Shown here: piece by piece, positions 21,481 through 31,106 of the stretch
Layout: each line of letters starts with the position of its first letter
How positions within the stretch are numbered: position 1 is the stretch's first letter
Assembly (NCBI GenBank): GCA_963675665.1
Contig: OY776510.1
Coordinates: 2,784,001-2,848,000, forward strand
Source of the DNA: Spirochaetia bacterium
GTDB lineage: Bacteria; Spirochaetota; Spirochaetia; UBA9216
Length of the DNA stretch: 64,000 nt
Reading direction: 5' to 3'
Notes under the pieces: generated by a model
The model's database searches: none
The model's input: only the letters and a program-made list of their open reading frames with translations
What the model was told of the DNA's origin: nothing
Program-made: the position numbers and the translations under genes

Positions 21481-21515
21481 ATCTCTAATAACCCTGAAGT
21501 GGGGTTATTAGAGAT
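21481..21515. repeat. REP-like intergenic hairpin (sister of the IS110 target)
   Basis: ATCTCTAATAACCC-TGAAGT-GGGGTTATTAGAGAT closely resembles the reconstructed empty IS site at 34562/36092. Confidence 0.8.
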
Positions 21516-21583
21516 ACTCCATATTTTATTATCGGTACGGAAAACTGCTTTTTTCAGTTAAGCTTTTATATTATAATATCCTT

Positions 21584-22753
21584 ATGAGAAAATTTATCGG
21601 GGTTTTGATGATTCTGATACTATGTGTTCCGGTTCTGATTGCTGCAGATGCAGATGTCTCTGCAGATTCGGTGTCGGTGTATTCCGGGGCTTCCGCTGGA
21701 AAAGCCGGCCGGGCGCTTGACCGTCAAAATGTTCTGGAAATCTCACTTGAAGAGTTTCTCGGCAGCAGATCTGTTCGTACGGGTTCAGACGGTATTGCCA
21801 CGGCGATAATCGTTGACGAAAAGGTTAAAAATGCAGTTGAAAAGCTTCTGGATAAAAGTGATTACACGATTATCGAGGGGTCGGTTTTGGCCCGTAATTC
21901 GGATTATGATCGTGTAACATACAGTTTTATCTGGGAACAGTACGGGTTCGAGATTGAATTTGCCTTTGAGAAGGCCGACAAACTCCTGCTGGCCGAAATA
22001 GAAAAGGTATACGGTGATGACGCCTGGCTTTACGGCGAGTTGATGCGCAGTTATGATGACAATTACGTAATAAGGGTTTTTAAAGCGGAAAACCTGATTG
22101 ATCCTGAAGAGGATAAAATAGATTTTATCGAAGCAATGATATCGGCAACAGTAATAGGAAGTACTTTTCAGCCTTTGCTGGGCATTCACGACGGATTGGG
22201 AGTTCTTGATGATCTCGGGCTTGCCGTTGCAAGAAGCGACGTTATCGAGAGTGATGACTATATCGAATATCGCAGGTATGAATCGAACTCTGAAGAGCTG
22301 CAGTCGTTTATGCACACAATTAATGGTATGAGCGGTGATTTTATCGATAATCTTTACTCTTCCGTCGCCAGTATCAGTAAAAAGCATTCGGAGGATAACA
22401 AAATTCTGCTTCCGGAGGATTTTTTCAGTATGCGTGAGGGCGACAACACCGATTTTGCCTTTTTTTATTACGATATACTGAAACGAAACGGTTATCAGGT
22501 GAAATTTGTTGTAATTGATTCAGGCAGCGGAGAACTTTACAGTACGGTTTTTTTCAGAGAAAAGGGTACGGATCTCTGGGGCATAATTGACGGGAACACC
22601 CTGGAACGTGAAACGGCTGAAAACTGGCGCAGGCTTCCCGCACTTGTTTTTACTGCATCGGTTCAGTATTTTGAACCGGATTTGGAAGATATAATCGCGA
22701 AAGGAAAGATTGACCTGCCGTTGCCGTCCGCCTGGAATTCTTCGCTGTATTAA
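21584..22753 (+). CDS. Exported hypothetical protein with C-terminal transglutaminase-like region
   Basis: Signal peptide. EGDNTDFAFFYYDILKRNGY resembles the GDCxD motif with Cys replaced by Asn. Confidence 0.55.
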   Translation: MRKFIGVLMILILCVPVLIAADADVSADSVSVYSGASAGKAGRALDRQNVLEISLEEFLGSRSVRTGSDGIATAIIVDEKVKNAVEKLLDKSDYTIIEGSVLARNSDYDRVTYSFIWEQYGFEIEFAFEKADKLLLAEIEKVYGDDAWLYGELMRSYDDNYVIRVFKAENLIDPEEDKIDFIEAMISATVIGSTFQPLLGIHDGLGVLDDLGLAVARSDVIESDDYIEYRRYESNSEELQSFMHTINGMSGDFIDNLYSSVASISKKHSEDNKILLPEDFFSMREGDNTDFAFFYYDILKRNGYQVKFVVIDSGSGELYSTVFFREKGTDLWGIIDGNTLERETAENWRRLPALVFTASVQYFEPDLEDIIAKGKIDLPLPSAWNSSLY

Positions 22754-22763
22754 AGGACCATAA

Positions 22764-23636
22764 ATGGATAACTATTCGCTGAAACTGTTTCTTACCCTGG
22801 CTGAAAATCTTCATTTCGGCCGGACAAGCCAGCTGTGCAACATAAGCCGCTCTGCTTTAAGCCGGCAGATACAGAGGCTTGAAGATGAGGTGGGTCAGAA
22901 GCTGTTTGAGCGTGATAACAGAATGGTTTCGCTTACGACAGCAGGCGTCAGGTTTGCCGAATATGCTTCACAGGCAGTTGATCTCTGGAAGGAGATGAAT
23001 GAAGAGCTGCTCGAGGAGAAAACGGTTTTGAAAGGTGAGCTGAGTCTCTATTGTTCAGTCACTGCATGCTACAGTATTCTGCCCGACATTCTGACGAAAT
23101 TCCGGCGTAAATATCCCGAAATACATATAAAACTGAAAACCGGAGACGCTGCTGTTGCCGTTTCAAATGTTCAGGAAGGCAAGAATGATATTGCCATTGC
23201 AGCGAAACCCGACAGGCTTGCGTCAAGTATCGGTTTCAGGCAGATCACGGAAACTCCGCTGGTTTTTATTGTCCCGACCTGCGACTGGGCTTTTTCAGGA
23301 TATCTACCGGAAGACCTGCCCTGGGACAGGGTTCCCATGATCCTACCGGAGCGTGAACTTGCAAGACGAAGAATAGACCTGTGGTTCAGGGGGAAGGGGA
23401 TACGGCCCAATGTATACGCACAGGTGTCGGGTAATGAGGCAATCCTGGCAATGGTAAACCTGGGATGCGGCGCCGGAGTAATTCCGGAACTTGTGTTTGA
23501 TAAAAGACCGTTCGAGGTGGATGTCCGGCCCATAAAAGTAACGCCTCCGCTGAAACCCTATTCAGTAGGGCTTTGTGTTCAGCAGAGGCGGTTGAATTCG
23601 CCGTTGATAAAAGCTTTCTGGCAGATAATCAGGTAG
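22764..23636 (+). CDS. ilvY: LysR-family regulator, IlvY-like
   Basis: LAENLHFGRTS, LSRQIQRLE, CSVTACYS.LP, TGDAA, RRRIDLWFR and PLIKAFW track E. coli IlvY over the full length. Confidence 0.85.
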   Translation: MDNYSLKLFLTLAENLHFGRTSQLCNISRSALSRQIQRLEDEVGQKLFERDNRMVSLTTAGVRFAEYASQAVDLWKEMNEELLEEKTVLKGELSLYCSVTACYSILPDILTKFRRKYPEIHIKLKTGDAAVAVSNVQEGKNDIAIAAKPDRLASSIGFRQITETPLVFIVPTCDWAFSGYLPEDLPWDRVPMILPERELARRRIDLWFRGKGIRPNVYAQVSGNEAILAMVNLGCGAGVIPELVFDKRPFEVDVRPIKVTPPLKPYSVGLCVQQRRLNSPLIKAFWQIIR

Positions 23637-25626
23637 CCGGTTCAGATTCGGAGTCTTTGCCGCTGTCGGCAGAACTCTCTTTTTGAATTCCTGCTATTGC
23701 AAGGAATTCGGCTGCGGATATGGTTTCCTGGTCAAGCAGCCTGATTGTGATTTTTTCAAGGATATCCTTTTTGTCTCGAAGCATATTCAAAACCCTTTCA
23801 TAGCTGCTGCTGATAATGCGGGCTACTTCCTCGTCAACATACTGCTGCGTGGTCTCGGAATATTCGCGTGAAGACATCCCGGATTCCTGACCCAGAAAAC
23901 TGGCGGCCCGTTTTGTAAGAACCATATTCTCAAATTTATCACTCATGCCGAATTCCGTTATCAGGCTGCGGGCTATATCGGTCGCACGCGTTATATCGTT
24001 TGCCGCGCCGGTTGAAACTTCGTTAAAAATAATTTCTTCGGCAGCCCGCCCCCCGAGCAGCACGTCAATCTTGCCGAGCAGCTCGTCTTTGGTCATCAGA
24101 AAACGGTCTTCGGTAGGCGTCTGAATAGTATATCCCAGGGCCCCTATTCCACGGGGGATAATACTGATTTTCTGTACCGGATCAGAACCTTCGGTGAGCG
24201 CGGCAGTCAGGGCATGTCCGGTTTCGTGATAGGCTACTATTTTACGCTCTTTTTTGTTGATCAGCTTGTTCTTTTTCTGAAGCCCCGCAATGGCTTTTTC
24301 GATTGCTTCTTCGAGGTCCTGCTGTTCAACTTCTTTTCTTCCGGCCCTTACAGCCAGCAGAGCGCTTTCGTTGATTATGTTTGCAAGATCGGCTCCGACA
24401 AAGCCCGATGTGGCTTTTGCTATTTCATGCAGATCTACATTGCCGCCCATCTTTACATCAGTTGAATGAATTCTCAGAATTGCTTCCCGTCCGGTCAGGT
24501 CCGGTTTGTCGACTACAACCTGGCGGTCGAAACGTCCGGGTCTGAGCAGGGCCGCATCAAGAACTTCCGGCCTGTTCGTAGCGCCCAGGATAATAACTCC
24601 CGATTTTGCGCTGAATCCGTCCATTTCCACAAGCAGCTGGTTAAGCGTCTGTTCGCGTTCGTCGTTGCCCGCGGCAACGTTAAGACGGCTTTTACCTATT
24701 GCGTCCAGTTCGTCGATGAAAATAATACAGGGAGCTTTTTCCCTGGCCTGTTTGAACAGATCCCGTACCCGGGCTGCTCCCACGCCGACAAACATTTCGA
24801 CAAAATCGGCGCCGCTTATCCTGAAAAACGGTACGCCGGCGCTGCCTGCTACCGCTCTTGCCAGCAGGGTTTTTCCTGTTCCCGGGCTTCCGACCAGCAG
24901 TACTCCCTTGGGAATCTTGCCGCCGATATCCAGGTACTTCTTGGGAGTTTTAAGGAAGTCGACAACTTCGACAAGTTCTTCCTTGGCTTCATCCGCCCCG
25001 GCTACATCATCAAATGTCGTTCCGGTGTCTCCTTCGGCAACAAGCTGGGCGTTGTTTTTTCCGAAATTCATTACACCTGAACCTGTTCCGCCCATTTTAT
25101 TGAGCATGAATCTCCATACAATAAGTATTAATGCAAACGGAATTACCCAGCCGAGAAGCGTGCTTATCATATTGCCGGTGCGTTCCGATGCCGCGCTGTA
25201 TTTAACACCCTTGCTGTCAAGAAGGGGAATAAACCCGGAATCATCTACGGGAACGGTTCTGTATATTTTTATTGTTCCTCCGGGGATTTGCCCGTCGGCT
25301 GCGGCAACGCCAAGATAGTAATCGGATCCTATCTGTACTTCGGTTATCGTGCCGTTTGAGATCAGTTCCTTGAAAGCACTGAAGGATACAAGTTCCGAGG
25401 AATTTGTACTTACAAAAGAATTAATAAGCATAATGATTATTAAAGCGGCAATAAAATACCATAAGGAAAATTTAAACTGGCCTTTATTGAATTTGAAAAT
25501 AGGCTGCTGGTGATCATGATTCGGTCCGCTCTTTTTTTTATCGCAGTCCTCATCCCAGCAATCGTCTTTTTTCTTTTTACCGGCCATGTTCAGCTCATCC
25601 TTGTCCATTTCGTCATGTGAAGGCAT
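23629..25626 (-). CDS. ftsH: ATP-dependent zinc metalloprotease FtsH
   Basis: Two TM segments, [21 protein letters not shown] and HETGH. Confidence 0.96.
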   Translation of the reverse strand: MPSHDEMDKDELNMAGKKKKDDCWDEDCDKKKSGPNHDHQQPIFKFNKGQFKFSLWYFIAALIIIMLINSFVSTNSSELVSFSAFKELISNGTITEVQIGSDYYLGVAAADGQIPGGTIKIYRTVPVDDSGFIPLLDSKGVKYSAASERTGNMISTLLGWVIPFALILIVWRFMLNKMGGTGSGVMNFGKNNAQLVAEGDTGTTFDDVAGADEAKEELVEVVDFLKTPKKYLDIGGKIPKGVLLVGSPGTGKTLLARAVAGSAGVPFFRISGADFVEMFVGVGAARVRDLFKQAREKAPCIIFIDELDAIGKSRLNVAAGNDEREQTLNQLLVEMDGFSAKSGVIILGATNRPEVLDAALLRPGRFDRQVVVDKPDLTGREAILRIHSTDVKMGGNVDLHEIAKATSGFVGADLANIINESALLAVRAGRKEVEQQDLEEAIEKAIAGLQKKNKLINKKERKIVAYHETGHALTAALTEGSDPVQKISIIPRGIGALGYTIQTPTEDRFLMTKDELLGKIDVLLGGRAAEEIIFNEVSTGAANDITRATDIARSLITEFGMSDKFENMVLTKRAASFLGQESGMSSREYSETTQQYVDEEVARIISSSYERVLNMLRDKKDILEKITIRLLDQETISAAEFLAIAGIQKESSADSGKDSESEPAT

Positions 25627-25718
25627 AAATAACTCCTGTTTCTTAAAAAATAAACAGGATAACGTTCAAAGTAAAGTAAAAGAGTATAAACAGAAAATTT
25701 ATAATTGCCGCATGAATA

Positions 25719-26978
25719 TCAGGCTGTTTTGTTGAAAAAATCAGAGGCGATGGTGAAAACCTCATCAAATCCGCGGTTAACAGCCTCCCTGTCTCCTTCT
25801 GTGAGCGGAAACGGTTCTTCATGACAGTACTGGTAGGGAAAATCAAGTCGTTCCGTTTTTATATCAATATCGCCTTTAAAGCCTTTCAGTGTTCTGGATG
25901 TTGTTTCGGGCGGGAAAACGGTATCTTTTTCCAGGCCGGTTTCCATTATCATTCCGCCCGACCGTTTGAGCGAAGCTTCCCTGTGCTGCTGCATCTTGTC
26001 GTAAAAAAGAAAACTCTTAAAATTAACGATTTCGGGCAGTTCCTGAAAGAATATCTCTTTTACCCTTCTGCCCATATCCGTTACCGATTCGAAAAGGCTT
26101 CCAAGCCAGCTGAAAAGTTCGACATATGCTTCCTTGTCTATTATAGTTCTGCTGACCGGATCGGCAGTATCCAGGGCTGCCCCTCCGCAGAAAAGAAATG
26201 CCTTTGAGTCGGAAAAGTAGCTGTTAAAGTTACTTGTAAGAAGGACCTCGGTCAGAGATGCTCCTATTGAATATGAAAAGAAATCGAAACGGCAGTTTTT
26301 ATTGATAAACGGATGGCTGCCGAGTCTTATTTCATCAATAAACCTGATTATATCGTAATAGGTTTGCATTCCTGAAGAAAAGAACCGGTGGGGCGCAAAC
26401 TGGATTCTGTGGCTGATTGCGGCATTTACAAAACTTGTTTCGCCGCCTTCGGCTACAAACTTTTTCCTTTCGGCGGCTACCCGTATCATATCGCGGGGGC
26501 TGCTCCATGCTTCAGGGGCCCGGTTCATATGAAACGCAATAGGAAAGAGTATTACCGGCGAATCAGTTTCTTCCATTATCCGGAGAGCCCAGGGCAGGTA
26601 TTTTGTCCAGTGTTTTTCATTAAGTCCGTGAAGCAGGAATACCGCATTTGAAAAGGAACGGTTTCCGGCAGGCTTGAAGATGGGAATTCTGAACTTCATG
26701 TTTTCGGTTATTTCCCGGTCGGTATATTCAAGAGCGTTAAAGATAAAGTCATTGCTGTATTTATTGTTGCTGCAATAGTAACGCAGCAGAGATTTAAAAG
26801 TATTTCCTTTGCTTGCATAGTCTCCAGTTTCGGGGTAGACAAAATCAGCCTTGCTCAGGAAAGGGCAGGACACCAGTTCAAAATCCCGGTGACCATTCAG
26901 GCTTATGCATTTTTCGGTGATATTTAAATCAAAATCAGAAGCCAGCGCCCTGAAATCATATATGTAATCAGTTTTCAT
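25719..26978 (-). CDS. Alpha/beta-hydrolase-like protein (DUF6051-like)
   Basis: LLHGLNEK.W.KYLPWA, FPIAFHMNRAP, nucleophile elbow SYSIG and HEEPFP. Start probably ATG 26978 with SD GAGGAG. Confidence 0.7.
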   Translation of the reverse strand: MKTDYIYDFRALASDFDLNITEKCISLNGHRDFELVSCPFLSKADFVYPETGDYASKGNTFKSLLRYYCSNNKYSNDFIFNALEYTDREITENMKFRIPIFKPAGNRSFSNAVFLLHGLNEKHWTKYLPWALRIMEETDSPVILFPIAFHMNRAPEAWSSPRDMIRVAAERKKFVAEGGETSFVNAAISHRIQFAPHRFFSSGMQTYYDIIRFIDEIRLGSHPFINKNCRFDFFSYSIGASLTEVLLTSNFNSYFSDSKAFLFCGGAALDTADPVSRTIIDKEAYVELFSWLGSLFESVTDMGRRVKEIFFQELPEIVNFKSFLFYDKMQQHREASLKRSGGMIMETGLEKDTVFPPETTSRTLKGFKGDIDIKTERLDFPYQYCHEEPFPLTEGDREAVNRGFDEVFTIASDFFNKTA

Positions 26979-27684
26979 CTGTTTCTCCTCTGTTGACACG
27001 CTTTTTGTTTTTTTCTTTCAGTGCGGATATCTGTTTTCGCTGCTTTTTCAAAAGGTCTTCCCATCTCCTGATTCCGTTTTTAAGCTGCCCGGTTTTTTTA
27101 AAAAGAAGTTGAATCTCATTCTCCATGGCTTCGAGTTTAAAATCTACAGTCTCGGTATCGGCAACTTCCATGTTGTCCCTGATGCCTATGAAATCTCGGA
27201 AAAAATCGGAGATGGTTTTTATCTGTTCCAGGCTGTAACCGAAAAGCTGAAGATCCTTTATCAGATTACAGAAAAGAACATAGTAATCCCTGTAAAGTCT
27301 GAATCCTCCCTGACTGCGGAGATCCGGTTCGATTATACCTTTTTCTTCCCAGTGCTTAATGGTCCTCGGACTGACATCGATCTTTTCCGCAAGAGTCCCG
27401 ACAGTAAGATAACTATTTTTCTCGTTTGAGGTTTTTTTCGGGTTTTCAGACGGAAGGCCTACTTTCCTGATTATTTTTTTTATTTCCGGGTTGTCATATC
27501 CTACATCAATAAGAGATTTTATCTTTTCAATTGTTTTAAGACTTTCAATTGAAAAAATCGGGGTTGAATCGGAGGCTTTTCCGTCGGGAATGAAAATCCC
27601 GTCGGAGACCCATGCTTCGATTGTTGAAAGGGGCGTACCGCTTTTTTCAGCAAGTTCGTCGATATGAAAAAAATTGATCTTCAA
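26968..27684 (-). CDS. MerR-family regulator with two HTH domains
   Basis: IDELAEKSGTPLSTIEAW and VGTLAEKIDVSPRTIKHWEEKG...GGFRLY, followed by a coiled coil. Confidence 0.85.
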   Translation of the reverse strand: MKINFFHIDELAEKSGTPLSTIEAWVSDGIFIPDGKASDSTPIFSIESLKTIEKIKSLIDVGYDNPEIKKIIRKVGLPSENPKKTSNEKNSYLTVGTLAEKIDVSPRTIKHWEEKGIIEPDLRSQGGFRLYRDYYVLFCNLIKDLQLFGYSLEQIKTISDFFRDFIGIRDNMEVADTETVDFKLEAMENEIQLLFKKTGQLKNGIRRWEDLLKKQRKQISALKEKNKKRVNRGETDEN

Positions 27685-27715
27685 AATGTACCTGCACGTA
27701 TACTAAATATTATAA

Positions 27716-27733
27716 CTAAACGTATACGTATAG
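27716..27733. promoter_or_regulatory. Palindromic operator in the promoter spacer of the MerR gene
   Basis: CTAAACGTATACGTATAG (16/18 palindromic) lies just upstream of a minus-strand TATAAT (27709-27714). Confidence 0.55.
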
Positions 27734-27764
27734 GTTAATATTGTTTAATATTTATGTCAAGGTC

Positions 27765-28140
27765 TTAATTCTTTTTATTCATATTGGAGCAGTATACGGC
27801 AATTGAATCGCGCATAAATACTGCAAGCCCGGGCTTGATTTTATCTATATTTTCAGTAAAACGTTCATCTTCAGCGTACATCTGTCCAGGACCTTTTAAA
27901 ACATCAGGGCTGCAATCTCGCCGAGAACAGCATTGCCGCTTTCTGTAATACGGGTCCAGTCCGCGTCCGTATATTTTGATGTTTTTTTATACTCTCCGTC
28001 CATGCATCGGTTCCGGCATATTTGCTTTCGGCTTCGACTGCGTATTTCTTTTTGTGCGTTTCTATTTCCAAGTTGTCGAAGGCTTTAAATCTCTCACTGT
28101 TAGTTACTGGTTTTCCCTTCATCATTGACTGTATTTTTTT
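27765..28140 (-). pseudogene. TipAS-domain (MerR/TipA) remnant
   Basis: Three frames together give KYAVEAESKYAGTDAWTESIKK / TSKYTDADWTRITESGNAVLGEIAALM / CSPDVLKGPGQMYAEDERFTENIDKIKPGLAVFMRDSIAVYC. Confidence 0.8.
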
Positions 28141-28735
28141 CCATGCCCGGATTATAGCCGCGGGAATACCAGGAATCCGCCATTTCATCGGTTTTTAGAA
28201 ACATGGTAATTATAAGAGGGACTGAAGATATTTTTATTGTTCGGAAAGGGTTCTTCCCCGGTCTGAAGCAGCGGGAATACCCGGCTTCGCTTTGTTCGCT
28301 GATTGTCCTGAAAATTATGGGAAGCACAGCGATTGCCATAACGGAAAGCTCTGTAAGCCTTGTCTTCGGAAGATTTCTCCGCAGATTCGACAGTCTTGTG
28401 CTGGTGTAAAAAAGCAGCCCGCTGTAGGTCATGCCGAGCATTCGCATTGCAAGCGCGGCGCCTTCGGAAAAGAACCCGGATGTCAAATACCTGATTAAAC
28501 CCGTAACCAGGAAGAAGATGTAGATCTTCCATAATGCAACAAGCTGAAACTTTACCGCAGAAGGGGAAGACAGAAGCAGCGGAATCAGTACTGCAAACGG
28601 AATCCATAAAAATCCGAACGGCAGTAAAGCCAAAGCAATACAGAATATAAAAAGAAAAACCAGCTTGATTGCCGGGTTCAGTCTGTACAGAATTGACTTG
28701 CTGTGGATAAATTCAAAAAGGCAGACTTCTTTCAT
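28100..28735 (-). CDS. ECF transporter transmembrane T component (BioN/CbiQ-like)
   Basis: Motifs SILYRLNPAIKL, YSRCF and YSRGY. Located in the bioY operon. Confidence 0.85.
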   Translation of the reverse strand: MKEVCLFEFIHSKSILYRLNPAIKLVFLFIFCIALALLPFGFLWIPFAVLIPLLLSSPSAVKFQLVALWKIYIFFLVTGLIRYLTSGFFSEGAALAMRMLGMTYSGLLFYTSTRLSNLRRNLPKTRLTELSVMAIAVLPIIFRTISEQSEAGYSRCFRPGKNPFRTIKISSVPLIITMFLKTDEMADSWYSRGYNPGMEKNTVNDEGKTSN

Positions 28736-29505
28736 CTAAGCCAGCTCATTCTGTTTATTTCGCAGCCTGAAGGAATACGAAGTTCATGCTCTTTTGCGGT
28801 ATCGAGCAGTTTCCCGGGATCCCCGTCGGCAACAATGTTTCCGCCGGACAGAATAATAAGGCGATCCGCGTGCGCAAGAACCTTTTCCAGATCATGAGTT
28901 ATTACAATTACCGATGTGCCGTTTTTATGAACTTCAAGCATTTTTTTCAGAAGTATCTTTACGCCGCTGTAATCAAGGCCGGTGAACGGTTCATCAAATA
29001 CAATCAGTTCCGGATCCATCGCAATTATTCCCGCAATGGAAACCCTTTTTTTTTCACCTCCGGATAAACGGTGAGGCGAATGTTCCAGTATATGGCTGAT
29101 GTCCATTGCGGTTGCGGCAGCATTTACCGTTTCGGCAGTTTCAGTTCTGCCGTACCCGAGGTTTTCCGGACCGAATGCTATATCATCTCTGACGGTCTGG
29201 GCTACAATCTGCGTGTCGGGATTCTGGAACACAAAGCCTATCCTTCGCCGGGCGTTCCACGGATCTTTTTTTACATCGATCCCGCAAACCGATACTGTGC
29301 CCGAAGTGGGGGCAAGAATGCCGTTCAGGTGTTTCATCAGCACAGTTTTTCCGCTGCCGTTTTTCCCTGCAATTACTGTGAAGCTTTCCTTCTCTATCTC
29401 AAGATTGATGCCGTTAAGCGCGGTAGTTCCGTCGGGAAAGCGGTGGCAGAGATTTGAAATGCTGATTAATGGATTTTCGTCTGCCTGTTTCATATGATTT
29501 TGCAT
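28732..29505 (-). CDS. ECF transporter ATPase (BioM/CbiO-like)
   Basis: Motifs GKNGSGKT, FQNPDTQ, LSGGEKKR and FDEP. Confidence 0.92.
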   Translation of the reverse strand: MQNHMKQADENPLISISNLCHRFPDGTTALNGINLEIEKESFTVIAGKNGSGKTVLMKHLNGILAPTSGTVSVCGIDVKKDPWNARRRIGFVFQNPDTQIVAQTVRDDIAFGPENLGYGRTETAETVNAAATAMDISHILEHSPHRLSGGEKKRVSIAGIIAMDPELIVFDEPFTGLDYSGVKILLKKMLEVHKNGTSVIVITHDLEKVLAHADRLIILSGGNIVADGDPGKLLDTAKEHELRIPSGCEINRMSWLR

Positions 29506-30089
29506 TATTCTGTGCTTTCGGCCGCCCGATGTTTACGCCGGGGCAGCAGTTCTCCTGCCCTGCGGACGAGTATCTGCCTGATTATTACAGCCGACGCAGC
29601 TTTCAGCGCGTCTCCGGGTAAAAACGGCAGCATTCCTGCTGAAAAAGCACTGCTCCATTCAAGTCCAAGCCTCCACTTAAGCCATGGAACGCCTGCAGCG
29701 TACAGAATCAGGGTGGCAGCAGTAACGGCTGCAATATCGCGGGCGGATATCCGTCCGGACAGGACCCTGTCGGTATCGGCCGACAGCAGTCCGCAAACAA
29801 GGGCGGCCGGAATATAACCGATCAGAAAGCCCCCGGTAGGCCCGGCAAAGACGGCGGGCCCGCTGCCTCCGGCAAAAGCCGGCAGACCTGCCGTGCCTAT
29901 AAGCATGTAAACAACAACTGAGAGTACACCCCCGAAAGGGCCGGCAAGAAGAGCGCTCATAAGCAGGAAAAAAGTGGTAAGCGTTACAGGAACCGGTCCG
30001 ACAGGTATTCGGATAAAGGCTCCGGCCGCCATCAGTGCGGCGAACAATGCTATTATCAGATTTCTTTTAATTGCGTCTTTGGTATTCAT
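29505..30089 (-). CDS. bioY: Biotin transporter S component
   Basis: Motifs PVPVTL, GLPAFAGG, GPTGGFLIG and FLPGDALK. Confidence 0.92.
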   Translation of the reverse strand: MNTKDAIKRNLIIALFAALMAAGAFIRIPVGPVPVTLTTFFLLMSALLAGPFGGVLSVVVYMLIGTAGLPAFAGGSGPAVFAGPTGGFLIGYIPAALVCGLLSADTDRVLSGRISARDIAAVTAATLILYAAGVPWLKWRLGLEWSSAFSAGMLPFLPGDALKAASAVIIRQILVRRAGELLPRRKHRAAESTE

Positions 30090-31035
30090 ATTTAATTATA
30101 TCTCCTGAATATACCGAAACAACAGCCTGACCGCGTACGTCAAGCCTGACCGAACCGTCCCGGTTTAAACCCGAAGCTGTTCCGTTAAGTATTGAATGGT
30201 CTGAAAATCTGACTTCAATTTTCTTTCCCATAAAGGTTAGGTTTTTCCCGCATTTGCTGATAAGAGAATCGACTTGCCACGGAATTAAACGATCGTATTG
30301 TTCTATTAACTCAATAATCCGGGCTGTAAGTTTCCGGACTGACAGTGTACAGCCTGCAAGTTCGCATATGCCGGCAGCACCGGCGGGAAGGAAGGTTTTT
30401 TCAGTATTGATGTTCAGCCCGACTCCTGCAGCAACTGAGGTGGTCATACCGTTTTTACCCCTGAACTCGGTAAGCACCCCTCCGACTTTTTTCCCGTTTG
30501 AACAGATTTCTGCAGGCCACTCAATTCCGGTTTCAATTCCTGACTGTTCACGGATTGCATCCAAAACAGCACAACAAACGGCAAGCGGATATAATCCGGA
30601 AAAAGCAGCGGGAAAGGGTATAGTCCGTATCCTGGTAAAATAAAGCCCGCCGTCGGGAGAGCTCCATCCGCGGTCGTATGAAGCCCTTCCCGCGGTCTGG
30701 GTTCCTGCTATTACGGTGGTACCGTCGGCACAGCCGGATTCGATCAGCACGGCTGCCCTGGCCATGGTGGAATCAAGTTCTGTGAAGTATTCAATCTCGG
30801 CTCCTGTACCCGCCATTTCCCACGGAAGCGGTATATCAGCAGATGATACAAGCCTGTAGCCTGATTTTGAAGATTCGATTATATAGCCTTTTTCATTGAG
30901 CCTGCTGATAATCTTCCATACGGCAACCCTTGAAACTCCTATTGCTTCTGCCATCCTTTCACCTGAAACCGTATCCGGTGCATTTTTGAGAATATTCAGT
31001 ACTTTCGTTATTTTAGCAGTACTATCGTTAACCAT
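30067..31035 (-). CDS. birA: BirA-like biotin ligase/repressor with N-terminal HTH (divergent catalytic motifs)
   Basis: HTH SGERMAEAIGVSRVAVWK, plus QTAGR..W.SP and KKVGGVL. Start reassigned to ATG 31035. Confidence 0.85.
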   Translation of the reverse strand: MVNDSTAKITKVLNILKNAPDTVSGERMAEAIGVSRVAVWKIISRLNEKGYIIESSKSGYRLVSSADIPLPWEMAGTGAEIEYFTELDSTMARAAVLIESGCADGTTVIAGTQTAGRASYDRGWSSPDGGLYFTRIRTIPFPAAFSGLYPLAVCCAVLDAIREQSGIETGIEWPAEICSNGKKVGGVLTEFRGKNGMTTSVAAGVGLNINTEKTFLPAGAAGICELAGCTLSVRKLTARIIELIEQYDRLIPWQVDSLISKCGKNLTFMGKKIEVRFSDHSILNGTASGLNRDGSVRLDVRGQAVVSVYSGDIIKYEYQRRN

Positions 31036-31074
31036 TGTAATACGGAGGTTAACGAAATGGACATACCGTGTCAA
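31025..31074 (-). promoter_or_regulatory. BirA operator and sigma70 promoter of birA-bioY-ECF
   Basis: TCGTTAACC-N13-GGTTAACGA (GTTAAC-N15-GTTAAC) at 31025-31055 overlaps the ATG. The minus strand reads TTGACA-N17-TAACCT. Confidence 0.8.
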
Positions 31075-31106
31075 GCGGAGGTTGGAAAAGCTGCCTGCCT
31101 GCAGGT

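Noticed and set aside
27904-28188. 94-aa ORF as a functional gene
   Set aside because: It is one frame of the broken TipAS remnant and overlaps the ECF T gene.
31036-31074. N-terminal extension of birA (TTG start at 31074)
   Set aside because: That TTG is the -35 TTGACA. The same applies to the extended ORF-track start of trpS, and the longer serS, fabH and fabV starts run through promoter, leader or terminator sequence.
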